A stretch of DNA of 64,000 bases from Lama glama (Eukaryota): positions 26,288,001-26,352,000 of the forward strand of contig CM052850.1 of the NCBI GenBank assembly GCA_028534125.1, written 5' to 3'. Below, one piece after another: positions 27,081 to 39,259 of this stretch. Within the stretch, counting starts at the first letter, position 1; each line of letters starts with the position of its first letter. The notes beneath the pieces were generated by a model. It had not been told where the DNA came from, did not search any database, and saw nothing but the letters and a program-made list of their open reading frames with translations. Made by a program: the position numbers and the translations under genes.

Positions 27081-29523
27081 TACGTCACAGCTTCTGCGGG
27101 TCCGGGATCCAGGAGCGGCTCAGCCGGCGGCTCTGTCTTGGCCTCGGGTGAGGTCACAGCCGGCGAGTCAGCAGGGCAGCGTCGACGGGGCTGGAGGGTC
27201 TGCTCCCGAGGAGGCTCCTCGCCCGGCTGCGGGCGAGCGGCCCCCTGAACATCCTCACCAGGTGCCCCCCACCGATCCCAGAGAGCCAGGAGGAAGCTGG
27301 GTGCCCGTCGCGACCTCGCCCCGCTCAGCTCCTCGGTTGGGACGGGGCTGCGTGCAGGCATGGACCGTGGGGGCATCTTGGAGGCCAGTGGCCACAGGCA
27401 GGGTCGGAACCCAGGTCGTGCCCGACTCACATCAGGCAGACCCATGACTAGTCCTTCCTCTGAGTGCCGTCAGGCCCTTCCTGGTGTGACAGCCGTCCCT
27501 GCGGGCGGGAAGGCACCGTGCTCGCAGTTGGCGGAAGCTCCCTTTGCGAGGACACCGCTGCCAGCGCATCTGTGCTTTGCTTTCATCAAGTGAAAAGGTG
27601 TGACCCACACGCCCCCCGCAGTTTGGGCTAATTAAGCTGGAGGTGTGAACAGAAAGGGGGCGGGGTTCCTACCGTCTCCTGCTGCTTCCCTGCGTGCTCC
27701 AGCTGCAAGGATTTCCTCTGGGAAAGCCTGGGTGGGGAGTGGACAGGGGCTCAGGGCTGGGTGTCAGGTGGGGAGGCTCAGCCTGCCTCCTGGGTGCGGG
27801 CAGGCAGGAGCACCCACCCCACGCAGAGGCCACAGGGCCCTCCTCTGCCTTCTAGAGGAGCCACCCCGCCCGTCTGTCTTCCACTGACTGAGCACCTGCT
27901 CGGGGGTCTCTGTTGAGGGGCTGGCGCTAAAGTTGCCAGTACCGACAAGGATGGACAGTAATGACAGTTAGTGTTTCTGAGCAGCTTTAAGTGTCCTGGC
28001 TCCTGGGTGCTCCCAGCAGGATTAAGCCAGACACGGAGTGGGGCGCTGTCACCCCGTTTTATAGACATTTGGACACCTGCCCTGTTCCCCTGGATTTTCG
28101 GGGCTCTTAGCCGGAGGCAGTTGCAGGTGGATCGGCCAGCACCCCACAGCCCTGCTGAGGCTGACTACCTGAGACACCCTCCTGGGTCAGCTCTCCTCCA
28201 GGGTCAGACCCAAGGGCAGCTTGAGTCCAGGACAGCTGGGCTCCCCAGGTGCACCAAGGGCACAGAGGCACTCATTTCCCAGCTCCGAGCTGCAGATAAC
28301 CCAGAGGGCCTCCAGCGTTTCACATGCAGGGCCAGCTTCCACCAACGTAAAGGCCCCGAAGCCACGCCTGCCCGGACCACACACAACATGCAGCCAGGGC
28401 TTGTGAGGCCGGGGTAGGGGTCAGCGATCACAGGAGCCTGCCTCTTGGGAGGACAGCATCCCCCTTTTTCACGCGGTCCTTTGGAGCTTGTCCAGGGACA
28501 TGGTGGGAAATCCCAGGGCAAACACACTTTGGTGGTCCAACTTTTAAATCTTAGGCGCGAGGGGATTCTTTTATGCTGGTTGAATCCATCTGCAGATTGC
28601 TGCCAGCAGTTTCCGTGTGTCTGCACAGCTTCATGCCTGTACTTCCCGGGCCGTGTGGTCTCCTTGTTTTCTCTTGAATTCACAGCACCTGGTGGAAGGC
28701 ACACCCCTGGGGTGGCACTGTTTGGGGGCCAGAGGGCAGAGAGTGGCCGAGGTGACTCAGTGCTGGCCAGGGGCTGCCTGAAGGTGGACAGGAGCCACAT
28801 GACCACGTGGACACCCTTGAAGTGTTTCCTATCCCTCCCTCATTGAAACTTATTTTATGGCCTAGTTTAGTTTCATCACATGCACACACACTACACATCC
28901 ACACAGTTTAAAGAATCCCCTGCCTTCCCAATCATCAGAGGCACCTGATTCTCTTGATATTTACCTCCACGTGTCCAAGTGGTCTCCATGGTCTCACTGT
29001 CACTGTATGCTCCTGTGATGGACACCGCGGCCTCACTCTCTCCCCAGCCCCACAACCCTTCCTGAACCCGCCCCCTCCCTCAGGTCTGCAGTTAGATCAC
29101 CGTCAATGTTTGCATGTTGATGTTTACATTACGCATACTACATTGTCGCAACTCTGTAAGCGCTGTCTGAACCCAGCCTCCTAGTGGTTACTCTGCCTTT
29201 GCTGCTGTTTTATTGGACCACATGGATGGCCCGGAGATCTTATCTCCATCTCAGTCACTTTATTGTTTCTGGGAGGTTCCCAGCCCTCTCCCCGGGGCAT
29301 CACATTCTCCACCACCAGGACCTCCTGAACACACACCACCCAGAGCCAGACTAGCTCTTCCAACACCAAGGGGGCAGCGGCCCAGTTCTGGTTCGGCCCG
29401 GATCCAGGTCTCTCAGCTCACTACTGGCTCCTTCCTCCAGGATAGCAGCCTGGCCTGGGGGTCTAGGATCTCCAGAGTGGCTTCTGCATGCTCCACTGTG
29501 GCGCCGGGGAGGGAGGAGGGCGG

Positions 29524-29908
29524 TGTGAATAAAAAATATTGCCTGCCATGTAATACACGAAGGATGCTGTGGCCACCAAGCCATCAGCCACTGCCACCAG
29601 CCTGACGGTGGGCGGAGGGAACTCAGGATGTGGAAGCACAGGACACTGGCCCCAGAGACTCAGGTGCACATGGAAGGAATGATTTCCATGAGCCCAGACT
29701 TCTGCGTGTTCCTATAGAGAAAAGTGCTAAATTCCTTAACTTGGGATGGCTGGTTTTCTTTAATTAACACTAATCCTTTGATGTTCTGATTGCATGGCCT
29801 TCGTTCCCAAACCTCCTGTACTCTGGCTCCTCCCCGACCTCCCGGGCGCCAGGCCCTCCAAACAAAGCACGACGCTTAACGTTCGGCTCGCGCGTTGTTA
29901 AGTGCACA
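29524..29908 (+). mobile_element. ERV1-type solo LTR directly upstream of the ACSF3 promoter
   Basis: TG...CA termini with flanks gcgg/gcgc (3 of 4 TSD bases match). Body aaaaatattgcctgccat...gggaactcaggatg...tggttttctttaattaac resembles a cetartiodactyl ERV1 LTR. Confidence 0.7.
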
Positions 29909-30620
29909 GCGCGAAGGCGCGCCCTCTGCGTCCGCGGCCCCGCCGTCAGCGCTGGTTTACTTCTTACCGTGGAGAAACCGCCCGTTTGGGCGGAGCGGCC
30001 TTCCGGCCAGCACCACCCAGCGTAACACCTGCAGCCGCCTTTAGGGTCGGCGCCGGCTCCCAGCCCGCTTCGGGCCGCGAGCGGTTAACTCGCAGGCGCC
30101 GGGTCCCGGGCCAGGAACGCGCCGTCACCGGCTCTGCCCGCGACGCTCCGTCTGCAGCCACGCGCGCCGTCGATGGGAACGTTCGCGGCAGGAACCCGCG
30201 CCGCCGCGCCGCGCCGCGCCGGGGGACGCGCGGGGGCGACGGACGCGGGGTGCGCGCGCAGCCGCAGTTCCGGTTCCGGTTCCCACCCGGCGAGGAGGAG
30301 GAGGAGGAGGAGGACGAGCGCGAGCCCCGCCGGCGGAGGTAGATCCCGCGCCCCGCCCCCCAGCCCCCGCGCCGTGCCTCCCCGCTCCCCACCCCCCAGG
30401 CCCCGCGGGGTCCCGCGCCCCGCCCCCTCCCGGCGCAGGTGCCGCGTCACGTGGGGGCCCGGCCCGCCCCCCGCGGAGCCAGCAGCGCCGACACCACGTG
30501 GAGGCCCGGGAGGGGGGGTTGGAGTTCGTCGAGTCCAGGTTCAGCCACCGTTGGAGAGAAAGTAGATCGGTCGTGTCTGAAAGGAGTCCGCTTCCGTCCT
30601 CAGTGGGCCGGCAGTACCCT
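29880..30620 (+). promoter_or_regulatory. ACSF3: CpG-island promoter of ACSF3
   Basis: Very CpG-dense. Tandem ETS/GABP-type TTCCGGTTCCGG near 30268-30279, GC boxes, and E-boxes GTCACGTG (30446-30453) and CCACGTGG (30494-30501). Lies about 5.5 kb upstream of the first coding exon. Confidence 0.85.
30250..30338 (+). other. ACSF3: Probable non-coding exon 1 of ACSF3 (start approximate)
   Basis: Lies within the CpG island and ends at the donor GAG|gtagat (GT at 30339). Contains (GAG)7 at 30292-30312. The TSS cannot be determined from sequence. Confidence 0.5.
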
Positions 30621-33600
30621 CCCCTCCCTTGTTCGTTTGCTCCGTGGGCGGGGCTGGGTGCGTAGGGGCAGACGGCCGGCTCCTGGGATCGGTCTCTGTA
30701 AACAAGGGCTGGATGCTAAGTCGGAGGTTTTTAAAAGGCCGTGAGAGCAGCCAACTTGAAGGATGATTAGGAGTTTGCCAAATGCGGAAAGGACGGCAAC
30801 AGGAATCCCGTGTCTGGGGGTCTGTAGGTTCCCAGCTTGAGGAGAGGAGGTGTTTGTGTGGGGACCTAGGTAGGGACGGTTGAGGGTGGGGGGAGGCACC
30901 AGTGCTGGGCCCAGGAGCACAGACGTCGTCAACAGTGGGTTTCAGCTCCCGCTCCCACCCCCCACGCGGCTCCGACGTGAAACCTGGCAGTCTAGCAAGT
31001 CTGGCGGTCTTCACATGTCCCTGCTTCCCAACCCACATCCCAGAACCGCTCCTCAAGGCACACGGCAGCTGTGGATTGACTGCGGGCATGGGATAGCAGG
31101 CTTCGTCCCTCCAGACCGCATCTCAGACAGCGCCTTACGTCCTAATATGGATACGGGGTTAAGCTTGTGTTTTCCTTTTTGGTTATTTGATTTGAATGCA
31201 CACTCATGAGTGCAGTGTGAAGGTCTGTTGCTTAAAAATATGACTTTGAGAACAACCCCAAACCGCAGGCACCCTGCTGAAAGGATGTCGTGTATGGGAG
31301 GGAGAGTGTGGGCCACTGCTCCCACCCCACACCTTCATCCAGGGAGCAGACAGCAGGCAGGGGCTGGGGGGTGGGGGGCAGGTGCTGCTGATCCATCAGG
31401 TGCCATTTTATTCATTTCGAAACCAGCCACCTTCATTTGAATGCAAGTATCATTCTTATCAAGTAATTTTTGGCACGTGGCCCCTTGGTGAGCCCAGCAC
31501 TGAGGGCGGGGAGACTGTTTCCCCTCCGTGTGTGGCCGGTCTTGATGTTATCCTCCACAGATGGGGAATCCAGGGCTTAGCCAGGTGAGGAAACTCGGAA
31601 GAGCCAGCGAATGTTCCAGTCTGGGGCTGTTCTGACTCTGTAAAGTCTGTGCTCTCAACCAGCACCCTGGTTAGGAAAAGACAGGTGTCACCTTCCTGGT
31701 GTTGGCATGTGTTCTGAAAGGTCCATGGGCCTTGGTGGTCTGGCCCCAGACTCTGGTGGTTGGCACACCAAGGGGCCTCTGCCGGCTCTCTAGCTGGGCT
31801 TCTGCCTCCTGACGGAATCTGCGCAGGCAGCCTTTCCTGGGAGAAGGTGTCTGGCTCAGCAGAATTCAGGTTTCTATGCTGTTGGCTGGGATTCTTTCAT
31901 GTGGCTGCAGGGTGATGCTGGTTTTATGAAGTCGGTTAACTGAGACAGGGAGAATCCATGGCCAGATTGCATTTATCTGGTGGCAGCATCACTCCAAGCT
32001 GTGCCACTGGGGGTGATGGGAGCCCCGGGACCAGAGGGGGCCTGGTGGTTGGAAGGTGTGGGCTCCTTCCCTATGGGGGCTCTTGTCTTTCTGGAACTTT
32101 CTGGAACTGGGGGTGCTCAGGACACAGTCATCTGCTCTGAACAAATTTTTTTTGCTTGTTGAAGGCGAGTCCCTGATCCCTGTGACCTGGAAGAGTTTAG
32201 CTCTGTATTGAAAGAACTGACAATGAATAGTTTCAGGGTCACACACCCAGGGGACTCTTGAAGAAGTGGCCCCGTGCTCCCATGTTTGGTGGGAGAGTGA
32301 ATGAGTGCAGCCTCTTTGGGGGTGAGTGGCAGTACTCACCCAAATGAAAAGAAACTGTTGCAGTGAGGCTCCAGGGTGAGCACCCACCCCACCAGCACCC
32401 TGTGTGAGCACAGCTGCGGGGCCTCTGCAGGTTGACCTGGCAGGCTCCCTCCCACCCTGAGCTCGGCCACATCACCCTTCTCAGGAGGGCCTGCCTATAC
32501 GGAACTTGCGCAGGAGCCAGGCCAGGGCCTGTCTGACCCACACCATCCCTACCGAGAGCCCCTCACGGTCCACCACCTCCCAGACACTCAGGAGACTCAG
32601 GGCCAGGTGTCTGCTGCCAGTCAGAGGTGCTAGTGCAGCGGGCGTTCAGACCGCTTCTGTGAGGACTACCTTCCTCACTGTCTGCGCAAGCCTTTCGTGA
32701 ACCACTCGCTTTAATTAAGATGAAGGCTGTTATCTCATTTTTATTGGCTCCTATCACTTTGAGAAATTAAAGAGCTGTAGACAATTACCCTGGAGATCTG
32801 CCATCCAGAACAAATATTTTTAATATTTTCATCTTTTTTGAATAAAATAAAATGTTAACGCTGCAGCTGAAGTATCGTCATTTTTAAAAATATCATTTAT
32901 TAGACCTCAAAAATCTGATTACAGAAGTCATACGTGCTCATTGCAGAAAAACTGGAGAAAATTGAGAAACACTAAGAAGAAAGCAAAAGTCACCCGCGGC
33001 CGTGCCACCTCGTGACCCCCGGAGGTTTTCCTTTTGTCTCTGTGCTGTGGTCCCTGGGCAGCACCGTGGGAGCTTCCGGGGCTGGGCCATGGCCCCAGCC
33101 CGACACACATGTGCGCGCCCCGGTGTCCTGAGACCCTCAGGACCACAGCTTAGCCCCGGGCTTCATGTTAGAAATAACCCTGCAGGGGGCGCCCTGTGCG
33201 TGACTCCACCTGCACCTCTAATTTCCTTGGGATGCATTTAAAAGCACACATGTGGGAGCAAAGGTCCTGCCTTTGCTGGTTCCGTGTCTTATTTTGAAGG
33301 GTCTGCTAGGTGTCCTTTGCGGGGCTGAGTCGACGCTCTGGGCCTCCCTAGACTGGGGCGCCGTCCAGTGAACGTGTGTGGGGCCCTCCGGGCAGCGCCC
33401 TGTCACAGACCTGGCCCTCGGGTACGCCTCGTCACACGTGGTGTTCCAGAGCAGCTCAGAGCACGGGGCAGCTAGGCCTGGCCTGCTGCTTTGTGGCCTC
33501 GGGCCTGTGGCTTCATCTCTGTCTCCCTTTGGAGGTGCTGCTGTCACTGCCCGGCCCCCACGGCCATCTGTGCCCACTGGAGATTTGCTGTCGTGGAGTC

Positions 33601-35920
33601 GGAAGTCAGTGAGCCCACCCTCCCCCGCGCCGGGGGCAGAGTGGGGCTCTGCCCTGTCTCCCGGTTCCTATTCAGAGTGCTCGGGCCCCAGCGTTTTGTG
33701 GACTGCCCCCACCCCAGTGTGGTGCAGCCCCGGGGCCTGGGGAGGCAGGCACCGAGCTCACCCCTCCCAGCCCCTCGCCAGCTGATCTGCACGGAGGAAC
33801 GCAGAGCTGGCTGCGTCTCACGCCTGCAGCTGTGGCATCGCATCTGATGCCCTCTGACGCCTGCTGGGCAGAGGCGCAGAAGCAGCAGCCGCTTTCTGGC
33901 GTCCATCTGTTCTCCGTGTGTCTGTCTGTGGCAGCAACACAGAGCTTCAGCCCCCGGAGGATGCTGTCACTTCAGCGGGCCACCTCCAGCATTGTCACCA
34001 GCAGGTTTGGCCTCCGCCAAGACCCAGACCCTGTGCGGGCAGGTCGCTGTGCTGTTACGGGTTCTCTCTGTTCTCCTTTCTCCCGCCTGTGAGGCAGATA
34101 GAGAAGAACGTGCTAGAAGTGAGAAAAGGAAGCATTTGAAGCTGCTGGTTCGCTCTCCACCAGCTCACTTTCTGAAACTGGCACACCTCGCACGTTTACG
34201 GCATTTCTTGCACCTCGAAGCAGCGTGCGGGCTGCCCGCCCAGCACCCCCACCTTCCTGCTTTGCTGGGCCTATGGGAACCAGGCGAAGTTTACAGGCTT
34301 ATTTGACGCTGTTGTCAGACAGCTCCTTGGCGGGCGTCTGCATCGGCCTCTGATGGGGGAAGCGCCCCTGGGGTCGCGCTGCCTGCTCCCCAGGCCGTCA
34401 CCAGGGGGCGCCGCCCCACCCCCAGGCCTTGCATGAGCAGCATCAGGTCCCCTCGTGGGCTCTGACGGCCTTGGGCTGCGGCGTGGCTGGCTCTGGCGGG
34501 AAGGATGGCTGAGGCTGGGGAGGCTCCGGCTGGGCTCTCGTCCCTGACTTAGGAGCTGGGTGGCTTGGCTTCCCTCGTGGGGGAGGCAGGGCTAAAAGTG
34601 GTTGCCTGTTTATCCAGCTGTTGAAAGTGAAATCACAGGTGAAAATACCTTGTGATGTGTTGAGTGTATTATCACTGTCAAGATCATACTCGTGAAAACC
34701 CTCTGCGAACGACTTGGAAAGCTGGGTCTGGGACACTGCTCTGGCTGAGGGCACTCCCAGAGAGGGAGGCACGGTGACCCTTACTCGTGGCCGTGGGGAG
34801 GGTGTGGCAGTGGGGACTCCGGGCCCCAGAAGGAACTGTCTTCAGTGGGATGGCAGGTGGGCTCCCGACCTCTTGAGCTTAGAGAACTTCAGCTCTAAGC
34901 TGCCATCAATGCAGGGGCAGCTCGGAAAGTGGGCGCCCTTCCTTGTTACGGGCCCCGTGCAGCTGCCCCAGGAGGGAGGTGTCCTGGAGCAGGGCAGAGT
35001 CAGGCGGCCCCTTTCCCTGGCCTCCCTGCTCTCCAGCACTCTGGAGACTTCCAGGTGGACTCGTGGGTCACCGCGCTCGTGGTGAGCCCTCCTTCTTCCT
35101 GACTGTTTGGTCTCTTGGGTCACTGTTTAGCGGTTAGGTTTGAGGGGAAAGAGGAAAAAGTTACGTTTCAGTTTTTTAAAAAAGACTGACACCCTGCAGA
35201 AAGGTGAACTTGCTCTATTTAAGACAAGTTCCTCGACATCCACAGTTGGGCAAGGGTCCAAGAGCAGGAGGCGGCCCCGTGTCTGTTCTGCTCGCCGGGG
35301 TCTCTAGGCCCCGCTGCTGGTGGACAGGGAGCGTAGGGGGACCCTCGAACCACACAGGGCTGAGGGCGCCGACCCCACACAGTCGAAAATCCGCACGTCA
35401 CTTTCCAGTCGGCCCCCCCGGCCCTTTGTCCACGTCCCGTTCCTGTTCCTCCCCAGTCGCATTTCTGCATGGAGCGCCGTGGCTGTGGTCAGCAAAACCC
35501 CCGCCGAGGCAGTGGGCCCGCGTCGTTCAGACCGTGTGGCCCGAGGGCCGCCGCCTTCACTCTGTGGCCCTCAGTACTGACCCCGCTCACCTGGCTTCTT
35601 CCAGGGTGAGGTTGTTAAAAACCATTATTCAGAGTTTACCTGAAATGCACTGCCTTCTGTTTGCTTCTCCTTGATCTTCCTTTAGTTCCTGGCTTTAGAA
35701 CCTTGTATGTTTTTAAAATCCTTAAACTAATGAGATTAAGTAAAATGCCGAAACATTGGTCATTTAAGTTCCAGAAGCGTGTGTCGGGAGTGCTGGTATC
35801 TCCTGTTCAGGATGTCACCTCGTGACTGAGCCAAGCCAACTTTGCCGGGTTGCTCTGGGGTCAGGACGGGACCGGACAGTACCTGTGGTGTCCTCTCTTC
35901 CAGCCGGTGTCTGCCCCGCC

Positions 35921-36586
35921 ATGCCGCCCCACGTGGGAGTGTCCCTCCCGCGCCTGGTCTGTGCCGTGGCCTCCCGCCGGCCGGCTCCCTGGAGGCCCGG
36001 AGGACACAGCCCCCTGCACACAGGCCCGGCAGCCCGCGGCAACAGAAGTGCTCCTGTGTTCACCCGCGCCCTCGCCTTTGGGGACAGAGTCGCCCTCGCT
36101 GACCAGCACGGCAGCCACACCTACAGGGACCTGTACTCCCGCAGCCTCAGCCTGGCCCGGGAGATCTGCAGGCTCCGTGCGTGCACCGACGGGGACCTCC
36201 GGGAGGAGAGGGTCTCCTTCCTGTGCTCCAACGACGTCTCCTACGTGGTGGCACAGTGGGCCTCGTGGATGAGTGGGGGCACCGCCGTCCCCCTCTACAG
36301 AAAGCACCCCCGGGCCGAGCTGGAGTACTTCATCCAGGACTCCCGCAGCTCCGTGGTCCTCGCTGGGCAGGAGCACGTGGAGCTGCTGAGCCCGGTGGTC
36401 AGGAAGCTGGGGGTCCCGCTCCTGCCCCTCCCGCCCACAGTCTACTGTGGGGCGGACAAGGACCCCGGGGAGGAGCAGGTGCCGGAGCGGGACTGGAGAG
36501 ACCGGGGTGCCATGATCATCTACACCAGCGGGACCACGGGGAGGCCCAAGGGCGTCGTGATCACCCACCACAACATCTGGGCCACG
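35921..36586 (+). CDS. ACSF3: ACSF3 coding exon 1 (mitochondrial presequence and AMP-binding P-loop)
   Basis: Acceptor tcctctcttccag ends at 35903. Kozak gccccgccATG at 35921. Translates [12 protein letters not shown]...[13 protein letters not shown]...[15 protein letters not shown] (ANL P-loop). Arg-rich, acid-free N-terminus. Donor ACG|gtgagt. 666 nt, phase 0. Confidence 0.97.
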
Positions 36587-37633
36587 GTGAGTGCTCGGGG
36601 GCCACCACAGGGAGGCCAGCCCCGGCAGGTGCCGTGTCTGGGGCAGCAGCCTTCTGTCCATTTACCTTTCTGTAGGGCCCTTCGCAGCTCTCAGCATCCC
36701 CCCAGCCCAACTTGAACCTCACAGCACTGAAGGGTCCTGGGGCCGTGGGGCCACCAGCTCCACTAACCATGTAGGATGGCTCTCGGGAGGGGCTGAGGCA
36801 TGCAGCGCCCAAAGTGGGACATTTATGGCCCACTGGGCGGCTCCAGGCCCGAGGCGTGCAGAGCACAGAATGGGCCCCTGACGCCATCTGAGGTGGTTAT
36901 CAGAGAGACCTGCCATACGCGAATGTCCAGGACTCACCCTCTGCACCTGGAGTCGTGCTTGTTTGGGAAACAAGAAAGTAGGACCTCGTGTTGCCGCGGC
37001 CTGGGCATCATTCTGCATCCCACAGCCTCAGTTCCTGTCTCTGTAAGACTCCCCAGCCACTTCATTTACCTGCAGTTTACAGCCTTCTTGCTTCCAAAAA
37101 GCATTTGCCTGTACAATAAAGACTCCTAGACGTAGAAGTTCAGAGCCACGAGAGGAAGGTCAGAGGTCCGCGCCGCCCAGTCCCAGGCTGAGTCAGTGGT
37201 GCCTGAGTAGGGCTGGCTGCAGCACGATGAGGTCACATGTTGTCTCTGTCTCCCGGAAGAAGACATGCTTCTCATCAGGAGAGGCCATCTCTGGACCACA
37301 TTTCTGGGGGAAGGGCAGCTACACCGTGTGCACGTGGCGGTCACTGCACACACAAGAGGACGTGCTCGCAGTGGGAGGTGCCGGAACTCGCGGGGTCAGA
37401 CAGGCAGTGGAGGTTGGGTGGCTGGATCCCGGGGCCTGTGGGAGCCGAAATCACACCTCTGACCACCCGGGAGAGAAATGCCCTGAGTGTATGCAGAGCC
37501 TTGGGACCCCCAGGTCGAAGGCTCCTGGTTGGCTGAAGCCCCTGACTGCGTATGGCCCTGCTCCAGCACAGGCGAGGTTAAGGGAGAGCCGACAGAGCCT
37601 TGGTGTATTACTGTCTTCTTTAGACGCCGCTGA

Positions 37634-38400
<767 letters not shown>

Positions 38401-39259
38401 CGGTGTTCACTGTCCCAAGGCGTTCTGCAGGTTTAACGCTCGATGGAGCTCGTGCCTGTGTAGCTGAGGCACTGTGACAGCGGGAGTGGATTCTGGGGAA
38501 GCACGCAGAAGGCAGACAAACCGCAGGGCTTCCTGCAAGTGCAGCAGAGCTGAGCAGGGAAGCACGTTTGACGCGCGGCCGATAAAAGCCTGCAGCCCTG
38601 AGTTTCAGGGTTCTGTGCATTTAGAAGCTTATGTTAGCAAGACCCCACTTGAGCATTACTGCATCTCCGGGCTTCGTCTGTGGAGTCTGTGTGAAGCAGT
38701 GTGTGGGTGACCAGAAGGCTCCTTGGTGTCCAGATGGCCTCAGGCCCTCTGAGCAGAGCTCAAGGAGCAGTGGGGTGACAGCGGCCAGCGCCCTACAGGG
38801 CTGGCTGGCGGGGCAGTGGCTGGGAGGACAGCTGGAAGACGGGTGGGGCTGTCCGCCCTCGCCCCGCAGGGTGAAGCCTGGTTGTTAACTGGGCTGCCCG
38901 GCCTCCACTGAGCCCTCATCAAAGACGGCTTCCTCTGGTCGCTCACGGACGAGGTTTCCAGCCGCGGGCACCGAGTCAGGGCAGGATATAGGGGCCGGGG
39001 CTCGCTCCCCTGCGGACTCTGAGGGCAGAGGCTGGGCGGTGGGCGCTCGGATGCCGGGGCACTGCCCTCGGGCCCAGCACCTGCTCAGGACTCCGGGTCC
39101 CTCATGAAGCGTGCTGCCTGGCGGACCTGTGGCCCCAGACGCTGTTCATCCTGGGGTCTGAGCAGTGGGCGTCGTGCTGAGGCAGGTGGGACTTCCAGGC
39201 AGCGCGTGGAAGGGGCTGCAGGCAGAGCTCGGGCCTCTCAGGCCCCATCCGTACTGGGT

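Noticed and set aside
1-29500. Hundreds of six-frame ORFs, including 2351..3472 (373 aa), 15356..16651 (431 aa) and 15996..17081 (361 aa)
   Set aside because: Pro/Gly/Ala/Arg-rich low-complexity translations overlapping in all frames with no recognisable domain. Expected from stop-codon scarcity at high GC.
30251-30260. NRF1 site in the promoter (TGCGCGCGCA)
   Set aside because: Lacks the 2-bp spacer of GCGCnnGCGC, so it is not called.
35822-35920. N-terminal extension of ACSF3 suggested by the ORF track
   Set aside because: Starts at GTG in intronic sequence upstream of the acceptor at 35903. The real start is the Kozak ATG at 35921.
35861-36661. 266-aa antisense ORF over ACSF3 coding exon 1
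   Set aside because: Shadow ORF caused by the high GC3 of the sense codons.
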